Below are positions 18,172 to 27,786 of a stretch of 64,000 nucleotides of DNA, in pieces. The number at the start of each line of letters is the position of its first letter. Position 1 is the stretch's first letter. The position numbers and the translations under genes were made by a program. Source of the stretch: Kofleriaceae bacterium (GTDB taxonomy: Bacteria > Myxococcota_A > Polyangia > Haliangiales > Haliangiaceae); NCBI GenBank assembly GCA_037720695.1, contig JBBJLY010000001.1, positions 55,878 through 119,877 of the forward strand, in the 5' to 3' direction. Under the pieces are notes generated by a model. It had not been told where the DNA came from and made no database searches. It saw nothing but the letters and a program-made list of their open reading frames with translations.

Positions 18172-18915
18172 ATGGCCGACCATGAGGTGCCGGAGTGGAA
18201 GCTGCGCGCGGCGGCGATTCCCGGGCTCGTGCTGGTCGCGCTCGCGTTCCACGCGTGGGAGCTCGGCCACTTCATGCAGCGCACCGCGCTCAGCATGCCG
18301 TTGCACGAGGTTGGCCATGCGGCGACCGGGTGGTGGTGCGGGTTCGATGCGATCCCGACGCTGTGGAAGACGCTGATCCCCGAGACCCGCGGCGTGATCA
18401 TGATGCTGGTGATCGCCGCGGGCTGCGGCTGGCTGGTGTATCGCGGGTGGCGCACCCAGCAGCTGTGGCTCGGCGGCGTGGGGCTCGCGCTCGGGGCGCT
18501 GCAGTTCCTCGGGACCACCGCGTCGCTCGAGACCGCGCAGGTCTTGATCACGTTCGGCGGTGACGCCGGCGCGATGGTGCTCGGCACCGTGCTGATGATG
18601 ACGTTCTTCGTCGGGCCGGACTCGCGGCTCCGCCATGGTGGGCTGCGCTGGGGCCTCGCCGGGATCGGGGCGGCAGGTTTCGTCGACACGTTCGCGACCT
18701 GGTGGAGTGCGCGCTCGGACACCGACGTGATCCCGTTTGGCGAGATCGAAGGCGTCGGGCTGTCCGATCCGTCGAAGCTGCAGGAGGTCCACGGCTGGTC
18801 GACCTTGCAGCTGGTCGATCGCTACGTGCTGGTCGGTGTCGTGTGCCTGATCGCGCTGACGACCGTGTACGTGTGGGCCGTGCGCGATGCGCGCCGCAGC
18901 GTGATCACTCGGTGA
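18172..18915 (+). CDS. integral membrane protein with an HExxH motif (putative membrane metalloprotease-like)
   Basis: 247 aa with about six TM segments. 'PLHEVGHAATGW' sits in the first loop. No further family assignment. Confidence 0.5.
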   Translation: MADHEVPEWKLRAAAIPGLVLVALAFHAWELGHFMQRTALSMPLHEVGHAATGWWCGFDAIPTLWKTLIPETRGVIMMLVIAAGCGWLVYRGWRTQQLWLGGVGLALGALQFLGTTASLETAQVLITFGGDAGAMVLGTVLMMTFFVGPDSRLRHGGLRWGLAGIGAAGFVDTFATWWSARSDTDVIPFGEIEGVGLSDPSKLQEVHGWSTLQLVDRYVLVGVVCLIALTTVYVWAVRDARRSVITR

Positions 18916-20311
18916 CGGTGAACGCCTTGATCACGGCCATGTGCTGCATCGCGGACGCGCCGCTATCGGACTGACGCGCCGGCGCGACGTCGGACAGCGG
19001 CGAGTAGACGCGGGTCTCGCACACCACCCCGGCGGGGAACGAGCGCGCGCCGATCACGACTGGGACGCGCTTGGCCTCGAGGTCGGCGTCGTTCATGACC
19101 CAGTCGTACGGGTTATTCCGCCCCGCATTGGTTTCGGAGGTCCCGGCCATGTCGGCCGGATATGGACCGCCGACGACCGCGACGCTGCCGAGGCCGCGCT
19201 GGCCGCCGCCACCGACGAGCGCGGGCTCGTCGCGGCGATACGTGTTGAGGTCGCCGCCGATCACGAGGTAGTCGCCCGCCGGAATCGTGGCCTCGATGTA
19301 GCCCACCAGCTGGTCGGCCTCCGCCAGCCGCCGGTCGGCCTCGCCGCTCGAGGCCTTGAGGTGGATGCTGACGACCCACAGGTTGATCGGGCCCGGGATG
19401 TCGATGCACGCGTAGGTGAACTCGCGATCGCTGAGGTCGAAGATGTCCCACTCCCCCGGCGGACTGCCGGCGCAGAACGGGTACCGGCTGATCACGCCGT
19501 TCGCGATCCGACCCGTGCCGCGAAAGTAGACGTAGGTCGGGCCGAACATCGACATCAGCGCGTCGAAGTCGCTCGCGGTGTTGCTGCGAAAGTTCATCTC
19601 CTGGACCGCGACGATGTCGGGCTTGAGCGCCCGGAAGATCCGCAGACCGGGACCCTCGAACGGTCCATCGGTCTCCTCGTACGTCTGGCCCGAGCCGCTC
19701 GTGGTGTTGGCCGCCATCACGGTGAACGTGATGTCCTGCGGGTTGTCGAACGTCCAGCTCGCGGTGTCGGGGGTGGCGTCGGAGTTGCCAGCACCGTCGC
19801 GTGCGCGAACCTCGAACACGTGCGCGCCGAAACCAACCCGGCCGAGCTGCCGGGGCGAGGTGCACGCGGCGAACGCGGCGCCGTCGAACCTGCACTCGAC
19901 TGTCGCATCCGCGTCACCGGCTACGAACTCGAAGGTCGGCTCGGAGTCGAGCCCCGGCCCCGACGTGATCGTCGTCTCGGGAGCGAGGTTGTCGAGCGTG
20001 AACAGCCGGCTCGCCGGGCTGGGATCGACGCCAGTCGCCGTCGCGGCGACGACCTCGAACGTGTGAGCACCATCGCCGAGCCCGGTGTACGCCGCCGGGG
20101 AGGTGCAGCTCTCGAACGCATCGTCATCGAGCCGGCAGCGGAACGTGCTCGCGATCGAGGCGCGGAACTCGAACGCCACGTCCTGACCACGCAGCATCCC
20201 CGACGGACCGTCGGTGATCTCGGTGTCCGGAACGTTCGGATCCGGGTCCGGATCGGGGTCGGGGTCCGACGCGCACGCGGTGAGGACAGCCAGCAGGATC
20301 GGGAAGCGCAA
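18905..20311 (-). CDS. secreted lipoprotein: two Cys-containing Ig-like repeats plus an endonuclease/exonuclease/phosphatase (EEP) domain
   Basis: TTG 20311 gives 'MRFPILLAVLTAC' and is preceded by GGTGGGGG. The block 'F.CRLD..AF..CTSP......G.H.FEV.A.D..G..D..PA' occurs twice. EEP motifs 'DIVAVQE', 'SIHL' and 'IGGDLN' are present. An alternative GTG start lies at 20344. Confidence 0.75.
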   Translation of the reverse strand: MRFPILLAVLTACASDPDPDPDPDPNVPDTEITDGPSGMLRGQDVAFEFRASIASTFRCRLDDDAFESCTSPAAYTGLGDGAHTFEVVAATATGVDPSPASRLFTLDNLAPETTITSGPGLDSEPTFEFVAGDADATVECRFDGAAFAACTSPRQLGRVGFGAHVFEVRARDGAGNSDATPDTASWTFDNPQDITFTVMAANTTSGSGQTYEETDGPFEGPGLRIFRALKPDIVAVQEMNFRSNTASDFDALMSMFGPTYVYFRGTGRIANGVISRYPFCAGSPPGEWDIFDLSDREFTYACIDIPGPINLWVVSIHLKASSGEADRRLAEADQLVGYIEATIPAGDYLVIGGDLNTYRRDEPALVGGGGQRGLGSVAVVGGPYPADMAGTSETNAGRNNPYDWVMNDADLEAKRVPVVIGARSFPAGVVCETRVYSPLSDVAPARQSDSGASAMQHMAVIKAFTVTE

Positions 20312-20394
20312 CTGACCCCCACCATAGCCAACCGAACCCGCCACGTGTCGGCGATAAGGTGAGCCAGCTGTTGTCCGCGGCTCACCGACCGTAA

Positions 20395-20961
20395 CTACAA
20401 GTCCTCGATCTTGAGCCTCACGGGCAGGCCGTAGACCGCGGCGGCACACAACGGCCCTCCGGGGCAGTAGCTGGCGCGCTGGGCCGAGATCTCGACGTAC
20501 GGGGAGGACTGGCCCCCGACGATCTGGGTCCGCATCACGCATCCCGACGCGGTCCACTCTGCATTGTTCGTGGTGGTCGCGATCGCCAGCCCGGCGCTGC
20601 TGGACTTGTAAGTCCGAACGGTCAGGCTCGTCGAAACGCAGCCGAGCGCGGTGGTTGGTAGGGTGGACGTCGGCATGTAGACGTCCATGGTGCCCGGATT
20701 CCCCTGTGCGGGGTTCGCGAGCCGGACGACATAGTTGGCGCAGGTCGTGGTTCCGTAGTCAGTGATCGAACGGATGATCGTGATCGAACCGTCGGGGTTG
20801 AACCCGTACCGGTAGTCGTACGGCGGGGGCGAGCTGGAGGGCCCGCACAGCGCGGACTCCGTGGTGGACACCGAGGGCTCGGTGTTGTCGGCGTCGTCGG
20901 CGCCGTCGGTGACGCACGCCGCGACAGGGATCGAGAGACAGAGGAGCATGAGGGTACGCAT
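20395..20961 (-). CDS. lipoprotein, hypothetical (paralogue of 20986..21570)
   Basis: Lipobox 'IPVAAC'. It shares Cys spacing, a PPP segment and a 'YGLP' C-terminus with the upstream gene. Confidence 0.55.
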   Translation of the reverse strand: MRTLMLLCLSIPVAACVTDGADDADNTEPSVSTTESALCGPSSSPPPYDYRYGFNPDGSITIIRSITDYGTTTCANYVVRLANPAQGNPGTMDVYMPTSTLPTTALGCVSTSLTVRTYKSSSAGLAIATTTNNAEWTASGCVMRTQIVGGQSSPYVEISAQRASYCPGGPLCAAAVYGLPVRLKIEDL

Positions 20962-20985
20962 GGGGTGTGCCTTTCGAGCCGAGAG

Positions 20986-21570
20986 CTAGTTGGGAGATTC
21001 CTGGACGTAGACCCACCCGCGCGCCTGGAACGGCAGGCCGTACGTGGTCACGGTGAAGCCACCCGACGGGTACGAGCGCTTGGTCGTGATGTGGATCCGG
21101 GCGTTGCTGGTGGTGTGGGTGGTCCACGTGAGCGAAGGCAGTCGACAACCGTCGATCGTCCAGACGCCGGTCGCCGTGGCCGCGCCCGCGTAGGTCCAGC
21201 CACTCGAGCCCTGCACGTAGCGCCGGGCGGTCACCGAGGTTCCGACGCACTTGTCCGGATCGGGGGTCTGACTGGTGACTGAGACCAGGAGGCTCTCGAC
21301 GTTGTGAGCGTTGATCACCCACGAGTCGCATTGCCCGTTCGGCGGGTCGAACTGTCCTCCGTCCGTGGGATTACTCGCCGTGAGCAGCCACGACCGGTTC
21401 CACGGAGGTGGGGTCGGCGGCGCGGGACACAACGCCGCGGCCTCGGGCGGCGCTGGCTCGGTGATGGGCTCGCTCTCGTCGCGCGGCTCCTCGGAGACGT
21501 CGGTCTCCGTGACACAGGCCAGCACCGATGGCGCCAGCAGGGCCACCAGCAAACAGTTGTTCGAACGCAT
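20986..21570 (-). CDS. lipoprotein, hypothetical (paralogue of 20395..20961)
   Basis: Lipobox 'SVLAC', and the same architecture as the downstream gene, which lies 24 nt away. Confidence 0.55.
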   Translation of the reverse strand: MRSNNCLLVALLAPSVLACVTETDVSEEPRDESEPITEPAPPEAAALCPAPPTPPPWNRSWLLTASNPTDGGQFDPPNGQCDSWVINAHNVESLLVSVTSQTPDPDKCVGTSVTARRYVQGSSGWTYAGAATATGVWTIDGCRLPSLTWTTHTTSNARIHITTKRSYPSGGFTVTTYGLPFQARGWVYVQESPN

Positions 21571-21689
21571 TTGGGTCTTCGCTTTCTGCCGATGTCCTCA
21601 CCGGCGCTGAATAGAGACCGCTCGCGTTCCGGTGTGGCGGGGCCCTCGCTCGATTTTTTCGCGCGCGCCTTCGGCTATCCTCGCGGCGC

Positions 21690-24246
21690 GTGACCGAGGA
21701 CCAGCCCGTCGAGACCGACCCCTCAGCCACCAAGGGCGATGAGATCGTGCTCGGCGAGCGCCCGGCCGGGGATGCGCTCGTGCTCGAGGTCGCGCGCTCG
21801 CGGATCGCCGACGCGTTGTTCGCCACGGGCGAGCGCGTCGCCGTGGGCCGCTACCAGCTACTGAAGCGCGCGGGTGCTGGCGGCATGGGTGTCGTGTGGA
21901 GCGCGTGGGATCCCGAGCTCGAGCGGCGGGTCGCGATCAAGCTGATGCACGTGCGTAGCGAGGCTGCGCGCGCACACATGCTGCGCGAGGGTCAGTCGCT
22001 CGCGAAGCTGTCGCATCCCAACGTCGTGCCGATCCACGACGTCGGCAGCGTCGACGACCAGGTCTACCTCGTCATGGAGTGGATCGCCGGTGAGACCTTG
22101 CGGGTCCACTGCGAACAGCCGCGGACGTTGCGAGCGCTGGTCGCGATCTATCTCGCGGCGGGTGCCGGCGTCGCAGCCGCGCATCGCGCCGGCATCGTGC
22201 AACGTGACTTCAAGCCTGACAACGTGATGATCGGCGACGACGGCCGCGTGCGCGTGCTCGACTTCGGGATCGCGCGTTTTGAGGACGCACCCGGTGACTC
22301 GGTCGCCGGGACGCCGCGCTACATGGCGCCCGAGCAGGCGCGCGGCGAGGCGCCGACGGTCGCGGCGGATCAGTACTCGTTCGGGATCTCGCTCGGCGAG
22401 TCGCTCGCGACCCGTGGCGAGGTGCCCACGTGGATCGCGACGATCATCACGCGCGCGACGGCGCCGAAGGCTTCTGATCGTTACCCCGACATGGACGCAT
22501 TGCTCGCGGCCCTCGCGCATGATCCGGCGCGGCGGTGGCGCAGGCGCGCTGCGATCGCCGCCGTGCTCGTCGTGGCCGGTGGCGCGTTCGCGATCGGGAC
22601 GCTGCGCGCCGATCCCGACGATGCATGCTCGGGCGCAGGCGACGAGCTGGCGCGGGTGTGGAACCCGAAGCGCAGCGCGGAGCTGGTCGCGCATGTCGCG
22701 ACGCTCGGGCCGTACGGAGCCGCGCAGGCGAGGCTGCTCGCGGGCCAGCTCGCTGCGTACGGCACGCGCTGGACCGGCGCCCGGCGGGGGGCATGCCACG
22801 CACGGCGCCGCGGTGAGGTGACGACGATGCTGTACGAGCGCGGGCTCGCCTGCATCGAACGGTCGCGCGCGGCGCTCGATGGTGTGGCGGCGGCGATGAC
22901 GCGGGCCTCGCTCGACCAGTTTCCGAACGCCGTGGTCGCGGCGCGTGATCTCCCCGACGCCGAGCGTTGTCTCGCGGAGGCCACGGCCGATCTGATCTCG
23001 CCGCCCCGCCCCGCGATCGCGGCCGAGGTCTCGCGCGTCGGGGCAAGCGCGACCAAGGCACGGTTCCTTGCCCTCGCCTCCGACCCGGCCGCCCTGCCGC
23101 TCGCGCGTGACGCCGCGAGATCGCCGATCGCTGGCGTATCCGCCGCTCGTCGCGCGCGCCCAGCTGGCACTCGGTGCGGCACCTCGAGGCACCCCAGCAC
23201 CCAGGCGTTCGACGCGTACCGGGTCGCCAGCGAGGCCGCGTTGCAGGCCGGCGATGATCTCGCGTTCGTCGAGGCGTTCGCGCGCGACCTGTTCGTGGTG
23301 ACGCGGCGGCACCAAGCGCGTGCGCCCACCCTCGCGAGCACGTTGCCGTTCGTCGCGACGATCGCGGGCGCACGGGAAGCGGCCGGTTCGCGCGCGCCCT
23401 GCTCTACAACAACGCCGGCACCGCGTCGCTCGCGGCGGGCGATACCGCAGCCGCGGTTGGCTGGCTTCGCCAGGCCCGGGCCGAGCCCCACCACCAGACC
23501 GGCGGCGCCGAGCTGTGGGCGATCCTCGGCACCTCGCGATGGTGTCCGAGCGCGCGGAACGTGACGCGCTGTTCCGCGAGGAGCGCCCGCGACTCGAGGG
23601 CACGCTCGGCGCCGATCATCCGTTCACGTTGCAGGTCCGGCTGCGCGCCGCGATGTTCGTCGAGCATCCTGGCGAGGCCGCATCGCGACTCCGCGAGCTG
23701 TGCGCCGCCTACGTGCGGTTGCATCCGCATCGCGAGGACAAGATCGGGTCGTGCCACTACGAGCTCGCGTGGCTCGCCGCGGAACGTGGAGACGCGCGCG
23801 AAGCGCAGCGCGCGTATGCGGTCGCGGTCGCTCACCCCGCCCACAACCCGCGGCGCACGACCACGGCGCACGCGCAGCTCGCGCGACTCGCTGGAGACCT
23901 GTCAGCGGCCATCCGGCTCGCCGACTCGGTCGCATCCGAGGCCACCAGTGCGCCGACCTGGTGGGAGCGGTTCACCGCGGTCGACGCGTTGCTCGTCGTC
24001 GCCGCAGCCGAGGAGACGCGCGGCGCGTCCGCTGCCGCGAACGTGGCGCTGCGGCGCGCGCGCGCGGTGCTCTCCGATCCGGAGCTGAACGTCCAGGCGA
24101 TCCATATCCAGCGGCGCCGGACCCGGGTCACGGCGCTGCTCGCGCTGGCCACGCGCGACCGTGCGCTCGGCGACGAGGCGCTGGCGTGGTATCGAGCGGC
24201 CGGCGGTTACGAGCCGATGGTGCTGACGCTCACGAACATCCGGTGA
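21690..24246 (+). pseudogene. Ser/Thr protein kinase with a TM segment and a TPR-like C-terminal region, at least four frameshifts
   Basis: 'GAGGMGVVW', 'VAIK', 'DFKPDN', 'DFG' and 'GTPRYMAPE' kinase motifs. TM segment 'AAIAAVLVVAGGAFAIG'. The C-terminal region continues through frames 0/2/1/0/2/1 between about 23115 and 23540 and ends with ORF 23320..24246 ('...ALAWYRAAGGYEPMVLTLTNIR'). Confidence 0.75.
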
Positions 24247-25321
24247 TCGGACACGGGTTGTGGCTGATCAGGTGGAAGCCGACATCGGTTCCCGGCTCGC
24301 ACCGGACAAGCAATCGATTCACACTCTCGCACTCGGTATTGATCAGGTCCCGGATCTCGTCGAGCTCGTCGCCGAATTCCGCCGTCGAGGCGGGGGTGGG
24401 ATGGGCTGCGACGCGGGGTACACCAAGACACGCGGCGCCTTGCGGCGTCCATCGGGCCTCGACCTCGCTTTGCAGGTGCGATGGAAGCTTCATCGTGCCG
24501 CGGTCGTCTTTCCACTCGAGTCGTTGGCCCGCGACCGTGAACGGCTTGCCCGTGCCGCAGTAATCCGCGGAGAGCATCTTGAGCATCGTCTGGCGGTGGC
24601 TGATTGTGGTGTTGAAGCCCGCCAGCTTCGCGACCTCGGTGTGCCCCGTGAGCTGAAGCTTCGCGAGCGCGCTCCCCTCACAGCCGAGGTTGAACCAGCG
24701 ATTGTTGGGGAAGAAGCTGATGGTCTTTGCGGGACCGTTGATGCGCTCGCCCTCGAACACGAGCGCCGAGTGTGCCGTCATTTGGACGAGTGGCAGGCCG
24801 CTGGGCAGCTGAGGCTTCGGGCACAGCATGGCGCTCCAGCCGGTATCCATCGATGTGACCTCGATCTCGTAGGTCTCGATCCGTTTCCCCGGCGTCACGT
24901 CATCGACCTTGGCCCAGTACTGGGTGTCGTTGCGCACGCTCTTGAACTCCGCCCTGTAGCGCAACGTGCCATGGCGCCGCAGAGTCAGCTGGAGGCCGAC
25001 GAGCGCCGCTCCGGTCAGTACCTGAGGTGACCCGATCTCGCCGAGCCAGAGTCGCGCGATGAACGTTCCGTTCTCCACGGCGACGTTGTAGAGCGCCGCG
25101 CCTTTGATCGCGCCGGTCAACGCGAACCCCCTCGTGTTCTCCAACCCATCCAGGTTCAGGTCGTGAAACCATTTGCCCTCGATCTCCGGTGAATTGATTC
25201 CACAACCGTAGTCAGGACATTCCTTGGACACCGCCTGCCCTGCTTCCGAGAGCGGTCGCTCATCGGTGGATAGACAACTGGCAAGCGTCAACAACAGGCA
25301 CGAGAGCGGGAGGATCTTCAT
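24230..25321 (-). CDS. ADYC-domain lipoprotein
   Basis: Starts 'MKILPLSCLLLTLASC' (aa 106 of track ORF 24230..25636). The 'LSADYCGTGKPFT' motif is present. It lies 7 nt downstream of an ECF sigma gene. GC content is visibly lower than in its neighbours. Confidence 0.65.
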   Translation of the reverse strand: MKILPLSCLLLTLASCLSTDERPLSEAGQAVSKECPDYGCGINSPEIEGKWFHDLNLDGLENTRGFALTGAIKGAALYNVAVENGTFIARLWLGEIGSPQVLTGAALVGLQLTLRRHGTLRYRAEFKSVRNDTQYWAKVDDVTPGKRIETYEIEVTSMDTGWSAMLCPKPQLPSGLPLVQMTAHSALVFEGERINGPAKTISFFPNNRWFNLGCEGSALAKLQLTGHTEVAKLAGFNTTISHRQTMLKMLSADYCGTGKPFTVAGQRLEWKDDRGTMKLPSHLQSEVEARWTPQGAACLGVPRVAAHPTPASTAEFGDELDEIRDLINTECESVNRLLVRCEPGTDVGFHLISHNPCPITGCS

Positions 25322-25328
25322 CGAGGTC

Positions 25329-25967
25329 CTACATAGAGCCCGGCTCCCCGGGAATGTGACGGCCACGCACGACGGTTTGTTGGTCCTGCATCCAGCGGTC
25401 GAGCGTCTCGTCGTTTTGCAGCGCCTCGGGCGGCGCCACCGCGACCAGCTGCGCGCGCAGGGACTTGCGAGCGCGATGCAGGCGGCTGCGGATCGCGACG
25501 GCGGTGGTCTCGAAGATCTCGACCAGCCCCGCGATGTCGACCTCCTCCCAGTAGTGCAGCTCCAGCAACACTTGCTGATCGACCGGCAGGCGATGCAGCG
25601 CGTCGACCAGCTGGCGGTGCTCCTGCGCCCGGCCAAGGCGGGTGCCCGCGGTCGAGACCAGATCGGCGATCGACGACACCGCGAAGTCGAGCTTGTCCTG
25701 CTTGCGCGACTTGGTGCGCAGGTGATGGCACAGCTCGTGGCGCGCGATCGTGAACAGGTACGTACGGAAGCTCGAGTCCTGGCGAAACTGATCCCGTGCG
25801 CGCACGCACGCGAGGAACGTCGACTGGGTCAGCTCCTCGGCCTCGGGCTCGCATTTGGTCTCGAAGAACCGGAACACGGTCGCGAAGTGACGCGCGAACA
25901 GCGCCTGCCCGGCGGCTCGATCGCCCGCTCGCCAGCGCTCGAGCAACGCGAGATCGTCGACTTCCAC
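25329..25967 (-). CDS. ECF-type RNA polymerase sigma-70 factor
   Basis: Region 2 'FRTYLFTIARHEL' and region 4 'LELHYWEEVDIAGLVEIFETTAVAIRSRLHRARKSL'. 212 aa. Confidence 0.85.
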   Translation of the reverse strand: MEVDDLALLERWRAGDRAAGQALFARHFATVFRFFETKCEPEAEELTQSTFLACVRARDQFRQDSSFRTYLFTIARHELCHHLRTKSRKQDKLDFAVSSIADLVSTAGTRLGRAQEHRQLVDALHRLPVDQQVLLELHYWEEVDIAGLVEIFETTAVAIRSRLHRARKSLRAQLVAVAPPEALQNDETLDRWMQDQQTVVRGRHIPGEPGSM

Positions 25968-26002
25968 GCGGGGACTCTACACCAGCGTCCCGGCCACGGC
26001 CC

Positions 26003-26752
26003 TCACGCATAGAACCGGAGCAGCGGCGGCGCGAGCACCTCGGGCACGAGGTCGTGCGTTGCGCCCTCGATCACCAGGACACGTCCATCCGGGACTGCCC
26101 GTGCGAGGGCCTCGGCGGTCTCGCGCATGAACGGCGGCGCCGCGCCGGCGGCGATCGCGAGGGTCGGTATGCGGACGCGGCGCGCCTGCTCGAGCGACAG
26201 AAGGTGATCGCCGAGGATCGCAGCCTCGTAGACCAGCGTGTGGGCCATTGCCTCGAGCCCGGGCCGGAATGGTGCGTGGCGGAGCTTCGCGATCACCGGC
26301 TCGGGGAGCCCGACCAGCGCGCGCTGAAAGTACTCCACCGCATCGCCGCGCCGTCCCGCGCGCACGAGCTCGTCGAGGGCAGCTGCATGATCGACCTGGT
26401 TGACCGGAGGCCCGACGGTCAGCGGCAGATCGAACAGCGCGAGCCGGGTGATCGCGATTCCGTGCGCGGCGGCCGCGAGCGCGAGTGCTGCGCCCGACGA
26501 GAAGCCGAACACCGCAGCGGCACCGCCGACGCGGCCGACGAGCGTGTCGAGATCTTCGATCTCCCGCTGCACCGCGTACGGCGCCTCGTCACCGCTCTCG
26601 CCGCGGCCCCGGCGATCGTAGTTGAGGACCGTGTGGTTGGCGGCGAGCGCCGCCGCGAGCGGGGCACCGGCCGCGCGCGTGTTGAACGCGCCGAGCACCA
26701 GGATGACCGGCGAGCCGGTGCCGAGCTTATCGAAGGCGATGGTTGGGGGCAT
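26003..26752 (-). CDS. alpha/beta-fold hydrolase
   Basis: 'VILVLG', nucleophile elbow 'GFSSGA' and a C-terminal 'GATHDL' His motif. 249 aa. Confidence 0.8.
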   Translation of the reverse strand: MPPTIAFDKLGTGSPVILVLGAFNTRAAGAPLAAALAANHTVLNYDRRGRGESGDEAPYAVQREIEDLDTLVGRVGGAAAVFGFSSGAALALAAAAHGIAITRLALFDLPLTVGPPVNQVDHAAALDELVRAGRRGDAVEYFQRALVGLPEPVIAKLRHAPFRPGLEAMAHTLVYEAAILGDHLLSLEQARRVRIPTLAIAAGAAPPFMRETAEALARAVPDGRVLVIEGATHDLVPEVLAPPLLRFYA

Positions 26753-26758
26753 GCAAGG

Positions 26759-27745
26759 TTAGACGGCCGGCGGCAAAAAACTCATCGCGAGCTCGAAGCC
26801 GTTGCACAGCGACGCCCCGAACGTCGTGATCTCGGCGACCTGGTCGCCCTCGGTGCGCAGCAAGTGGACGCCCGAGAACCGGAAGTCCGCCGCGCCGTGC
26901 GGTCGCAGGTAGCCTGCCGCCGCGAGCTGCCGATTGGCACCGATCGCGAACAGATGATGGGTGCCGTGAAAGCCCATCGGGTACAGCGCGAGCAGCTGCT
27001 CGACCGCGGCCCGACCCTCGAACCACAGTGCGGCAGGTGGCATCGACCACCGAACGTCATCGCGCAGCAGGCGGGTGAGCTCGCCGGCATCGCCACGGGT
27101 CCACGCCGCCATGTAGCGGTCCAGCAGCGCGCGATCGGCCGCGCTCGGTGGCGCGAGCGGCGCCCACGCCTGCCGACCTCTCGGGACCAGCGTCTGGATC
27201 GTCCCGTGTGCACGCTGCAGTGTGCTGGTCACGGCGGCGACGGTGAGCTCGAGGAGCCCGGCGACCTCCTTCGCCGACCATCCGAGCACGTCGCACAGGA
27301 TCAGGGTCGCGCGCTGGCGCGGTCCCAGATGCTGGAGCGCGGCGAGGAACGCGAGCTCGATCGACTCGCGCGACGCCGCGAGCGCCTCCGGATCGAGCAG
27401 GCGATCGGGGAACGGCTGCATCCAGGGCAGCTCCGGGACGAGCGCCGGGGTCGCGCGCGGCTCGTCGGTCTGCGCCACCGCCGGCACGACGTCGGACGGC
27501 AACACCGACCGCGGCCTCCGCTCCAGCGCATCGAGGCATGCATTGGTTGCGATGCGATGCAGCCAGGTCCCGAGCTGCGCCCTGCCCTCGAAGCTGTCGC
27601 GCGAACGCCAGGCCCGCAGAAACGTCTCCTGCACCAGATCCTCGGCCTCGTCGAACGAGCCAGTCATCCGGTAGCAATGCAGGCGCAGCTTGCGGCGGTG
27701 CGCCTCGTACTGCGCCGCGAACGCGGCCTGCTCGGGATCGGTCAC
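26759..27745 (-). CDS. ECF sigma factor with a SnoaL-like C-terminal domain (SigJ/TIGR02960-like)
   Basis: 'HRRKLRLHCYRMTGSFDEAEDLVQETFLRAW', 'WLHRIATNACLD' and 'LILCDVLGWSAKEVAGLLELTVAAVTSTLQRA', then an NTF2-like tail. GTG at 27745, with an alternative at 27763. Confidence 0.8.
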   Translation of the reverse strand: MTDPEQAAFAAQYEAHRRKLRLHCYRMTGSFDEAEDLVQETFLRAWRSRDSFEGRAQLGTWLHRIATNACLDALERRPRSVLPSDVVPAVAQTDEPRATPALVPELPWMQPFPDRLLDPEALAASRESIELAFLAALQHLGPRQRATLILCDVLGWSAKEVAGLLELTVAAVTSTLQRAHGTIQTLVPRGRQAWAPLAPPSAADRALLDRYMAAWTRGDAGELTRLLRDDVRWSMPPAALWFEGRAAVEQLLALYPMGFHGTHHLFAIGANRQLAAAGYLRPHGAADFRFSGVHLLRTEGDQVAEITTFGASLCNGFELAMSFLPPAV

Positions 27746-27786
27746 GCCTGGCCCGAATAGCACGCCCGGGCGCGGTACGTTGGGAC

